The notes under the pieces were generated by a model that was not told the origin of the DNA, made no database searches, and was given only the letters and a program-made list of their open reading frames with translations. Source: Bacillota bacterium (GTDB lineage Bacteria > Bacillota_I > Bacilli_A > RFN20 > CAG-288). Taken from it: a DNA stretch of 64,000 bases. Positions 18,410 to 26,916 of the stretch are shown here, one piece after another (position 1 is the first letter of the stretch; each line of letters starts with the position of its first letter). The translations under genes were made by a program, and so were the position numbers. The stretch spans positions 17,242 through 81,241 of the forward strand of contig JAEWSP010000001.1 of NCBI GenBank assembly GCA_023459795.1. Reading direction: 5' to 3'.

Positions 18410-19577
18410 GGTTCTCTCCTTTCTGCCCGCTAAGGGCAAGACCTTTGACTAGGCTCTTCCGGTTCTTATCTTCCGTCTTCTCTTCTGCTTTGTTCCGTTT
18501 GGTAGGAAGCTTCAAAGTATCGGTATTTCCTTTGCCTTCCGGAGCGGCTGTCACATCGATCTTTCCTTCATCCTGGAGTTCCTTGATGGCATTCCAGCAG
18601 CTGACGGAATGGTCTTTGCTTAGCTCGATCTGTTCCGGATAAACATCCGTGCAGATATGCATGCACTTCGAGCAGCGGGGAGAGAAGGAGCAGCCCTTCG
18701 GAAGGTCGAGGAGGTTTACCGGGTTCCCCTTGATCGGCTCCAGTTCCTGATCCTGAAGGGTAGGGACGGATTTGATCAGTCCCTTCGTATATTCATGTTT
18801 CGGATTGTAGAAGATCTCATCTGTGCTTCCGCGTTCGACGATCCTTCCGGCATACATGACATCGACTTCATCGGCAATCTGGGCGATAACGCCAAGATCG
18901 TGGGTGACGATGATGATGCCCATTCCGAACTTCTTCTGAAGGGACTTCAGCAGGTCGATGATCTGGGCCTGGATGGTGACATCCAAAGCAGTCGTCGGTT
19001 CATCCGCAATCAGAAGGTCAGGCTTCATGACCAGAGCCATAGCAATCATGACACGCTGGAGCATTCCTCCGGAGTGCTCGAACGGATACTGCTTCATACG
19101 CTTCTCCGGATCGTTGAAGCCGACCAGTTTCAGCATCTCCACGGACTGCTTGTAGGCTTCCTTCTTCGAAATATCCTTGTTATGGGTACGGATGGCTTCG
19201 ATCAGCTGGTTTCCGACCGTATAGACCGGATTAAGGCCGGACATAGGATCCTGGAAGATGATGGCGATACGGTCGCCTCTGATCTTCCGCATCTCTTTTT
19301 CGGAAAGACCGATCAGTTCCTTTCCGCAGAAACGGATGCTTCCGGAATCGATGTGGCCGTTCTTGTCGAGGATCTGCATGATGGAATAGTTGGAGACGGA
19401 TTTTCCGGATCCGGATTCTCCGACGATCCCGAGGATTCCTCCTTTCTTAAGGGAAAAGGAGACACCGTTGACGGCATCCACCTTGCCGGCCATGATATCG
19501 AAGGAAACATGCAGGTTCTTGACAACCAGCATCGGTTCCTCTTCCTTCACGTCCTTGGCATTCATGTTTTCCGCCAT
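18396..19577 (-). CDS. oppD: Oligopeptide ABC transporter ATP-binding protein
   Basis: Walker A GESGSGKSV, signature HSGGMLQRVMIAMAL, Walker B IADEPTTALD and a C-terminal Cys cluster. A hydrophilic tail follows. Confidence 0.85.
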   Translation of the reverse strand: MAENMNAKDVKEEEPMLVVKNLHVSFDIMAGKVDAVNGVSFSLKKGGILGIVGESGSGKSVSNYSIMQILDKNGHIDSGSIRFCGKELIGLSEKEMRKIRGDRIAIIFQDPMSGLNPVYTVGNQLIEAIRTHNKDISKKEAYKQSVEMLKLVGFNDPEKRMKQYPFEHSGGMLQRVMIAMALVMKPDLLIADEPTTALDVTIQAQIIDLLKSLQKKFGMGIIIVTHDLGVIAQIADEVDVMYAGRIVERGSTDEIFYNPKHEYTKGLIKSVPTLQDQELEPIKGNPVNLLDLPKGCSFSPRCSKCMHICTDVYPEQIELSKDHSVSCWNAIKELQDEGKIDVTAAPEGKGNTDTLKLPTKRNKAEEKTEDKNRKSLVKGLALSGQKGENHEEK

Positions 19578-19616
19578 AACCGTTTCTCCTTTTCTTCCGG
19601 CACTTGCCGGAAAAGA

Positions 19617-20687
19617 CTATTTTGCAAGCTTCGGATCGAACGAATCCCTAAGTCCGTCTCCCAACAGGTTAAGAGCAAGGACGATGAGGCAGATGAGGAA
19701 GGCAGGGAGCAGGAGCTGATAGAGCTTGTCGCTGTACATGATGGTTCCTTCTGCATCCGCACATAAGGAGCCTAAGGATGGCATAGGAGCATTGACTCCA
19801 AGTCCTAGATAGGAGAGGAAGGATTCCGTGAAGATAGCACTAGGAATCTGCAACGCAGCACTGACGATGATGACGGACATGGCATTCGGAAGAAGATGCT
19901 TCCGGATGATCCACCATCCTCCGGCACCGCTAGCCTTGGCGGCAAGGACGAAGTCCTCCTGCTTGAGGGTGAGGACCTGTCCTCTGACAAGACGTGCCAT
20001 TCCGACCCAGTAGAGAAGACCGAAGACGATGAAGATGGAGATCATTCCTGAGCCTAATGTTGTCACAAAGGTATTCGTAGAATCCCCTAGGACAATCTTC
20101 AGTACGGAAGAGAGAAGGATGATGATGAGAAGATCCGGAATGGAATAAATGACATCGACTATCCGCATCATGATCAGGTCGACTTTGCCTCCGAAGTACC
20201 CGGAGACTGCACCATAGACGGAACCGATGAGGAGGACGATGATGGAAGCGAAGAAGCCGACAGTCAGTGAGACCCTGGCTCCGTAGATGACACGGATGAA
20301 GTAGTCTCTGCCGCCGGAATCAGTTCCGAAGATATGAGGAACCAGTTTCGCGCCGTTGGCAATCAGTTCCTTCTCCGTATTGGACCAGTGGAAAGGGCGG
20401 AGGTTGTTGAAGGTGCCATCGCTGACTCCGTAAGTGATTCTAAGCTGCTCGGAATAGGAATACGGCCAGAAGATCGGGATGAAGATAACAGCAAGGATCA
20501 GAAGGATGACGAAGATTCCAGAGACCATAGCCACCGGGTTCTTGCTGAACCGCTTCATGGAATCATGGAAGAAAGTAGTCGGTTTACGGAAGACGTTCTG
20601 CTTTTCCTTTTCTTCCTTCGAGGAAGGGAGGAAACGGGAATAGTCGATCTGGAGGGAGAGCGGGTTCTTCTTGAAATTGCCAATCAT
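19617..20687 (-). CDS. oppC: Oligopeptide ABC transporter permease
   Basis: Polytopic membrane protein adjacent to oppB and oppD, with a BPD-transporter-type core. Confidence 0.8.
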   Translation of the reverse strand: MIGNFKKNPLSLQIDYSRFLPSSKEEKEKQNVFRKPTTFFHDSMKRFSKNPVAMVSGIFVILLILAVIFIPIFWPYSYSEQLRITYGVSDGTFNNLRPFHWSNTEKELIANGAKLVPHIFGTDSGGRDYFIRVIYGARVSLTVGFFASIIVLLIGSVYGAVSGYFGGKVDLIMMRIVDVIYSIPDLLIIILLSSVLKIVLGDSTNTFVTTLGSGMISIFIVFGLLYWVGMARLVRGQVLTLKQEDFVLAAKASGAGGWWIIRKHLLPNAMSVIIVSAALQIPSAIFTESFLSYLGLGVNAPMPSLGSLCADAEGTIMYSDKLYQLLLPAFLICLIVLALNLLGDGLRDSFDPKLAK

Positions 20688-20702
20688 GTTCCTGCCTCCT
20701 TT

Positions 20703-21626
20703 CTAGTCCAGCTCGACCTTCGGATTAAGGACCTTGTAAAGGATATCGGTAAGGAGGAGCATGAAGACCATGATGTAGGTGAGGAATACAGTTGTACCCA
20801 TGATGAGGGGATAATCCCTATTCGTAATAGACTCGACGAATTTCCGGCCGATTCCAGGGATGGAGAAGATCTGTTCGACAACGAGGGAGCCAGTGATGAT
20901 ATAAGCGAATTCCGGTCCGACATAAGTCAAGACCGGCGTAAGGGAATTCCGAAGGGCATGCTTGAAGAGGACTTTCGAATTGGATAATCCCTTGGCCCGG
21001 GCAGTACGGATGTAGTCCTGGTTGAGAACATCCAAAGTAGAGGAACGGGTAAGCCTGGTGATATAGGCGGCAGGATAGAGCGACAAAGTGACAATCGGAA
21101 GAACCAGTCCTCCCGGCTTTGTGCCAAGCGTCGGGAACCACTTGAGGTTGATGGCGAAGACGAGAAGAAGGAGGAAGGCGATGACGAAGCTAGGCATAGC
21201 GACAGACGCGGTGGATAGGACCATGATCAGTCTGTCGCCCAATTTATTCTGGTGGGTAGCGGCAAGGGAGCCGAGGAAGACACCGACAACGATGGAAACA
21301 AGAAGTGCGATAATACCGATTTCTGCCGAAACCGGGAAAGTCGTCTGGATAATCTCATTGACCGGCCTTGCATCCTTGATGGAGTAGCCAAAGTTCCAAA
21401 TCAGGGAATTCTTGAGGTAGTTCAGGTACTGCTGACCGACAGGAAGGTCGAGCCCGTAAAGCTTGTTGAGCTGGGCAAGGACTTCCGGGGAAGGAGACTT
21501 CTCGGAAAGGAAAGGTCCGCCCGGGATTGCCTGCATAGCCCAGAACGTAATCGTGATGACGCAGAAAATCGTAACGACCGCCATCAGGATCCGCTTCAGG
21601 ATATATTTGACAAATTTTCCGTTCAT
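20703..21626 (-). CDS. oppB: Oligopeptide ABC transporter permease
   Basis: 307-aa polytopic protein containing TARAKGLSNSKVLFKHALRNSL (the EAA-type loop of OppB/DppB). First gene of the operon. Confidence 0.85.
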   Translation of the reverse strand: MNGKFVKYILKRILMAVVTIFCVITITFWAMQAIPGGPFLSEKSPSPEVLAQLNKLYGLDLPVGQQYLNYLKNSLIWNFGYSIKDARPVNEIIQTTFPVSAEIGIIALLVSIVVGVFLGSLAATHQNKLGDRLIMVLSTASVAMPSFVIAFLLLLVFAINLKWFPTLGTKPGGLVLPIVTLSLYPAAYITRLTRSSTLDVLNQDYIRTARAKGLSNSKVLFKHALRNSLTPVLTYVGPEFAYIITGSLVVEQIFSIPGIGRKFVESITNRDYPLIMGTTVFLTYIMVFMLLLTDILYKVLNPKVELD

Positions 21627-22008
21627 AAGACTTTCTCCTTTCCTTGAGAAGGGGTGGTAAAAGCCATCTCTTCCCTTGGTATCCTCGTTTCGGCATCAAT
21701 GCTGCTGCTTTTAGGGGAAGTGAATACTAATTTAGATTTTGGCATAAGCAAGTGCAAGGGAAGAGCAGGGAATAGAAGAAGACACCCCATGTTAAGCGCT
21801 TCCAATTTATATGTTTTTCCACCATAGAAAAGACTTCTGAGGTATTTCCTGTTCTTTTCCTATAAGAATAGGGTTAAAGAAAATATGAAAATACAGCATT
21901 TCTAATTTTCTTATGATATTTCGTAATTTTTCCCATTTAAGAGGAAGAATTAGATATTGCTTTCTGTAAAAGAAACTATGTTACCGCTTTCTATGATTTT
22001 GTACCATA

Positions 22009-22040
22009 TAAAAAACTCTCCGCCTCCAGGCAGAGAGTTT
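22009..22040 (-). terminator. Terminator of the 224-aa membrane protein gene
   Basis: Stem ACTCTCCGCC / GGCAGAGAGT (one mismatch; 22015-22024 and 22029-22038) followed on the minus strand by TTTTTTAT. Confidence 0.65.
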
Positions 22041-22714
22041 TAGATTTCCTTTTTCTTATTCTGATCCGGAAACTTGGCATTCGGGAAGTGGATGGACATA
22101 TAGTGGTCGTTGCACTTGTCGTCGATGAGGCGGCCAAGCGGAGTCTTCGGTGGAATCTTGTCATGTCTTTTCTGGTGCCGGACCATCACCATCAAAGTGA
22201 AGATCAGATCCAGGATTACATAGGATCCCACTGCCAGAAGCGTCGCATGGTAGCAAAGAGCATGGTAAGAAGTATCCAGGAAATAGGGATTGATGACATT
22301 GGCAACAAGCGGAATATAGAAGAAGTAGACGGAAACCATGCCTAGTATTCCCCATAGGAGCATGATCGGAACAGTCGTCTTCCCGCCGATATTGAGAATC
22401 CGTCCGGAGTAGTCCCAGCTTTTCGTATGGCAGATCCATCTTTCGAGGCTAGCGACCGTATACTCGGCAACTCCGCCAAGAAGAGCGGAGACGAAGTAGA
22501 CGGCAAACGGGTGGGTCCAGATAAAGGACAGGACGAGGCAGACCAGCACTCCCCCGCATCCGTATACGAAATTGAACGGAGTCGTAACGGACCCGTTGGA
22601 CATCACAAAACGGTGTTCTCGGACAAGGTAGAGAATCGTTTCGTACAGATTCCCGACAAGCCCCATAAGGAGGTAAATCAGGATCAGATTGTAACCATGA
22701 TCAAGAAGTGACAT
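22040..22714 (-). CDS. Polytopic membrane protein (resembles the CmpB / putative ABC-transporter type IV family)
   Basis: Six to seven hydrophobic segments. The motif TTPFNFVYGCGGVL resembles the GPxxPIYGxG signature of that family. Family call is tentative. Confidence 0.6.
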   Translation of the reverse strand: MSLLDHGYNLILIYLLMGLVGNLYETILYLVREHRFVMSNGSVTTPFNFVYGCGGVLVCLVLSFIWTHPFAVYFVSALLGGVAEYTVASLERWICHTKSWDYSGRILNIGGKTTVPIMLLWGILGMVSVYFFYIPLVANVINPYFLDTSYHALCYHATLLAVGSYVILDLIFTLMVMVRHQKRHDKIPPKTPLGRLIDDKCNDHYMSIHFPNAKFPDQNKKKEI

Positions 22715-22764
22715 ACAAGGAAATTATACGCTATAAGAAAGGAAACAAAAAGGAAACGAAAAAC

Positions 22765-22792
22765 AAAAAACGCTCCCCTTAGGGGAGCGTGG
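22765..22792 (-). terminator. Terminator downstream of tRNA-Gly and rpoC
   Basis: Hairpin ACGCTCCCC-TTAG-GGGAGCGT (22770-22790) followed on the minus strand by TTTTTTGTTTTT. Confidence 0.75.
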
Positions 22793-22800
22793 TTTTCTTT

Positions 22801-22874
22801 TGGAGCGGCCAACGGGAATCGGACCCGCGTCATCTCCTTGGGAAGGAGAGGTTCTGCCACTGAATTATGGCCGC
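22801..22874 (-). tRNA. tRNA-Gly (anticodon CCC) with encoded CCA
   Basis: Hand-folded cloverleaf. Acceptor stem is GCGGCCA/TGGCCGC. Anticodon stem TCTCC/GGAGA carries loop TTCCCAA. T-arm is GCGGG-TCCGATT-CCCGT. The 3' end is TCCA. Deviations are an A10-C25 mismatch and C at position 55. Confidence 0.75.
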
Positions 22875-22918
22875 AGTACCGGAAAGCATTATATCGCAAA
22901 TGCTTTCCGGAGGAATTC

Positions 22919-25900
22919 CTACTTTTCGAATTCGGACGGAGTAGACGGAGCCATTTCGGAGAGAACAGGAGCGGAAGGAGCAACGGCCTGGCCGTCATCC
23001 CCGACTTCCGTCTCGTCTTCCGGAGGAAGAAGCGGCTTGAGGCCGGTTCCAGCCGGAATAAGCTTACCAAGCATGACATTTTCCTTGAGGCCGGAAAGAT
23101 GATCGATCTTACCCTTGATAGCCGCATCGGTAAGGACACGGGTGGTCTCCTGGAAGGAAGCGGCAGAGAGGAAGGATTCCGTATCGAGAGCAGACTTCGT
23201 GATACCCATGATGATCGGGCGTCCGACAGCCGGCTTTCCGCCATGCTGCAGAGGCTTTTCGTTGGCCTGAGTGAAGGTGACATCGACGACTCTCTGTCCC
23301 GGAAGGAATGGAGCATCGCCCGGATTGACGATGAGAAGACGGTTCGTCATCTGACGGATGATGATTTCGAGATGCTTATCAGCAATATCGATACCGTTTC
23401 CGCCGTAGACGGCCTTGACTTCCCGGAGGATGTAATTGCGGGTAGTGCCAAGATCCGTGCACTCCAGGAGTGCCTTAGGATCGATGTGGCCCTTGGTCAG
23501 AGCCTGGCCAGCCTTGACAACCTGTCCCTGCTTTACAGCCGGAACACTGTTCGGATAGGAAGTGTACTCCTTGTCGCCATCGACATCATTGTGGATGGTG
23601 AAGACATGACGGAGTCCGCTTTCTTCGATCTTCGTAACCGTTCCGCCGATCTCGGTGATGGCAGAAAGGTCCTTAGCCTTCGGAGTTCTGACTTCCAGAA
23701 GTTCCTGGACACGCGGAAGACCGGTAGTAATATCCTTCTGACCGGCAACACCGCCGGTGTGGAAGTTCTTCAGAGTAAGCTGAGTACCAGGTTCACCGAT
23801 ACTCTGGGCAGCCATGATACCGACGACATCGCCGATTTCGGCAGTCTTTCCGGTTGCAAGGTTACGTCCATAGCAGTGGATGCAGACTCCATCCTTGCTT
23901 TCGCAGGTGAGGATGGAACGGATCTCGACTTCCGTGATTCCGGCATCGACAATCTTCTTGGCGATGTTTTCATCCATCATCGTGTTTCCGGCAGCGATGA
24001 CTTCTCCGGTCTTCGGATCCACAACATCATGCATCGTGTAACGGCCGACAAGGCGGGAATAGAGGGAAGAGATAAGATCGCCATCATCGCTTCTCAGGTC
24101 GCTGACAATCAGTCCGTGGTCGCAGTGGCAGTCTTCCTCGCGGACGATAACAGAATGCGAGACATCGACAAGCTTTCTGGTAAGGTAGCCGGAGTCGGCA
24201 GTCTTCAGGGCGGTATCGGAACCGTTCTTACGGGTGCCGTGAGTGGAAGTGAAGTATTCGGAGACGGAGAGACCTTCGGAGTAGCAGTCCGTGACCGGGA
24301 CTTCGATAGAGCGGCCGGTGGCATCGAGCATAGCGCCCTTCATACCGATCAGCTGCATGTAGTTATCCTTACTACCTCTGGCGCCCGATTCCATCATCAT
24401 GAACATCGGGTTGCGCGGCTCTTCAAGCATACGCTTGGAAAGCATCTCGTTCATAGGCTTGGACTTGACAGCGTTCCAGGTATCGATAACGGCATTGTGG
24501 CGCTCTTCATCCGTGTAGAACCCGAGTTCGGCGTGTTCGTTGATCTCCTTGACTCTGGCATAAGCATCATCGTAGAGCTTGTTTCTGCCTTCGAGCGGTT
24601 CCATATCGCTGAGGGAGATGGTGAGACCGGACTTGGTGCAGTAGTCGAAGCCCTGGTTCTTGAAGGCATCCATGATGTTGGCAGTCTTGTCGGCACCGAA
24701 GTACCGGAAGACGTGATCCATCATGACATTGATGCCCTTCTTGTCGATAGGCTTGCGGAGAGGCATGAGCTTGACGTACTCGACGAACGGATTGAAGTCA
24801 TCGCCTTCCTTGAACTTCTTGGCGGCGACAACAGCATCATAGCAGTCCTTGAGGCTTACGAAATCCGATTCCGGAGTAGCGAAGAAGTTGGCTTCGTAAT
24901 CCGAATTGGCAGTCTTTGCTCCACGGAACGGAAAGTTGATGAACGGGAAGTTGTCCGGGAAGATCTTGTTGAAGATAAGCTTGCCGGTAGTGGTGAGAAG
25001 GTAGGTAGACTTCTGGCGCTTGCTGAAACAGGTCTTGCCAAGGGTATCGCCAGGAACGTAGATACGGGTGCGGAGGGAGATCTTGTGGTTCTGATAGGCA
25101 AGGATTGCCGTATCCGGATCGGAGAAGACCTTTCCTTCGTACTTCTCATAAGTCTTGTAACGGTTCACCATTTCGGTGTCGTTATGGGCCTTGAAGTAGT
25201 TGGCATACATCTCATCAATCTTCTGGTCGTCTTCCAGGGTGAGATAGTAGTTTCCGAAGATCATATCCTGAGAAGGAACGCAGATAGGCTTACCATCGGA
25301 AGGCTTGAGGATGTTGTGGTTGGCAAGCATGAGGGTAAGAGCTTCGGCCTGGGCCTGACGGGAAAGCGGCACATGGACAGCCATCTGGTCGCCATCGAAA
25401 TCGGCGTTGAATCCAGGGCAGACAAGCGGATGGAGACGGATAGCCTTGCCGCCGATAAGGATCGGACGGAAGGCCTGAATGCCAAGACGGTGAAGAGTAG
25501 GAGCACGGTTCAGAAGAACCGGATGATCCTTGACGATCTTCTCGATGGCATCATAGACACGCGGATCGTTGACAGCGATAAGCTCATCGGCCTGTCTCTG
25601 GCTGGTGACGCCGCTGGTCGGATCGGAAGTAAGGGCATGGGCGATGAACGGACGGAAAAGCTGGACAGCCATTTCCCGCGGAAGACCGCACTCATCCATA
25701 TTAAGGGTCGGACCGACAGCAATGACGGAACGGCCGGAGTAATCGACACGCTTGCCGAGCAGGTTCTGACGGAACCGGCCCTGCTTGCCCTTGAGGGCAG
25801 AGCTTAAGGACTTGAGGATGTTGCCGTTGATGCTGGTAGAAGGCTTGTTTCTTCTCTCGTTATCGATCAAAGCATCGACCGCTTCCTGAAGCATACGCTT

Positions 25901-26902
25901 TTCGTTGAGAAGGATAACACTCGGAGCATGCTCCTCGATTTCCCTCTTGAGACGGTTATTCTTGATGATGACCTGACGATAAAGATCGTTGAGGTCGGAG
26001 GTGGCATAACGGCCGCCATCGAGCTGCATCATCGGGCGGAGATCCGGCGGAATGACAGGAAGAGTGGTAAGGATCATCCATTCCGGCTTGACGGAAGACT
26101 TCTTAAAGGACTGAAGGACATCCAGACGCTTGATGGCCTTGATTCTCTTCTGGTTCTTATCGCCGACGCTTTCCTTGAGCTCTTCGATAACCTTGGCGAT
26201 TTCGGCGTCAAGATCGATTTCCTTGAGCAGCTGGAGAGCAGCTTCGGCACCGATACCGAACTGGGCACCGGTATAACGGGTAACGTATTTGCCGACCGTG
26301 AAGAAATCGAACGGCTGGCTAGGCTTCTTCATCTTGCTGGCGAAATCAAGACCGCGGACATATTCCGGATCCGTATCCGCAAGCTTTCCGGAAGTAAGGA
26401 TCTCGGTTTCAATCACCTGGGCGAAAGTCTCGCGGGCAGTTCTCTCATCGAGAACCTGGCGGTACTTAAGGACCTTGGAGATACCCGGATTCATGACAAC
26501 GTGGGAAACGAAATAGATGACTTCCTCAAGCGACTTCGGAGGAATGCCGAGAACAAGACCCATCTTGGACGGGCTGCCCTTTACAAACCAGATGTGGGCG
26601 CAGGGGAAAGCGAGCTTGATGTAGCCCATCCGCTCACGGCGGACGGCCTTGAGGGTAACCTCAACGCCGCAGCGTTCGCAGACCTTGCCGGCAAAGGAAG
26701 ACTTCTTGTATTTGCCGCAGTGGCACTCATAGTCCTTGACCGGACCAAAGATCTTCTCGCAGAAGAGTCCATCCGGTTCCGGCTTCTGGGAGCGGTAGTT
26801 GATGGTTTCCGGCTTGGTGACTTCGCCTCTTCCCCACTTCGTAATCTGCTCCGGGGATGCCAGAGAGATCTTGATGTAATTCAAATCATTCAATTCAAAC
26901 AT
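22919..26902 (-). CDS. rpoC: DNA-directed RNA polymerase subunit beta'
   Basis: NADFDGDQMAVHVPLS catalytic motif and an N-terminal zinc-binding CHCGKYKK...CERCGVEV. 1327 aa. Confidence 0.97.
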   Translation of the reverse strand: MFELNDLNYIKISLASPEQITKWGRGEVTKPETINYRSQKPEPDGLFCEKIFGPVKDYECHCGKYKKSSFAGKVCERCGVEVTLKAVRRERMGYIKLAFPCAHIWFVKGSPSKMGLVLGIPPKSLEEVIYFVSHVVMNPGISKVLKYRQVLDERTARETFAQVIETEILTSGKLADTDPEYVRGLDFASKMKKPSQPFDFFTVGKYVTRYTGAQFGIGAEAALQLLKEIDLDAEIAKVIEELKESVGDKNQKRIKAIKRLDVLQSFKKSSVKPEWMILTTLPVIPPDLRPMMQLDGGRYATSDLNDLYRQVIIKNNRLKREIEEHAPSVILLNEKRMLQEAVDALIDNERRNKPSTSINGNILKSLSSALKGKQGRFRQNLLGKRVDYSGRSVIAVGPTLNMDECGLPREMAVQLFRPFIAHALTSDPTSGVTSQRQADELIAVNDPRVYDAIEKIVKDHPVLLNRAPTLHRLGIQAFRPILIGGKAIRLHPLVCPGFNADFDGDQMAVHVPLSRQAQAEALTLMLANHNILKPSDGKPICVPSQDMIFGNYYLTLEDDQKIDEMYANYFKAHNDTEMVNRYKTYEKYEGKVFSDPDTAILAYQNHKISLRTRIYVPGDTLGKTCFSKRQKSTYLLTTTGKLIFNKIFPDNFPFINFPFRGAKTANSDYEANFFATPESDFVSLKDCYDAVVAAKKFKEGDDFNPFVEYVKLMPLRKPIDKKGINVMMDHVFRYFGADKTANIMDAFKNQGFDYCTKSGLTISLSDMEPLEGRNKLYDDAYARVKEINEHAELGFYTDEERHNAVIDTWNAVKSKPMNEMLSKRMLEEPRNPMFMMMESGARGSKDNYMQLIGMKGAMLDATGRSIEVPVTDCYSEGLSVSEYFTSTHGTRKNGSDTALKTADSGYLTRKLVDVSHSVIVREEDCHCDHGLIVSDLRSDDGDLISSLYSRLVGRYTMHDVVDPKTGEVIAAGNTMMDENIAKKIVDAGITEVEIRSILTCESKDGVCIHCYGRNLATGKTAEIGDVVGIMAAQSIGEPGTQLTLKNFHTGGVAGQKDITTGLPRVQELLEVRTPKAKDLSAITEIGGTVTKIEESGLRHVFTIHNDVDGDKEYTSYPNSVPAVKQGQVVKAGQALTKGHIDPKALLECTDLGTTRNYILREVKAVYGGNGIDIADKHLEIIIRQMTNRLLIVNPGDAPFLPGQRVVDVTFTQANEKPLQHGGKPAVGRPIIMGITKSALDTESFLSAASFQETTRVLTDAAIKGKIDHLSGLKENVMLGKLIPAGTGLKPLLPPEDETEVGDDGQAVAPSAPVLSEMAPSTPSEFEK

Positions 26903-26916
26903 GAAGCGCTCCTCCT

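Noticed and set aside
21651-21660. T-box-like GGGGTGGTAA sequence near the oppB start
   Set aside because: It lies on the plus strand, opposite to the opp operon, with no downstream plus-strand gene. No specifier-loop or antiterminator architecture could be built around it.
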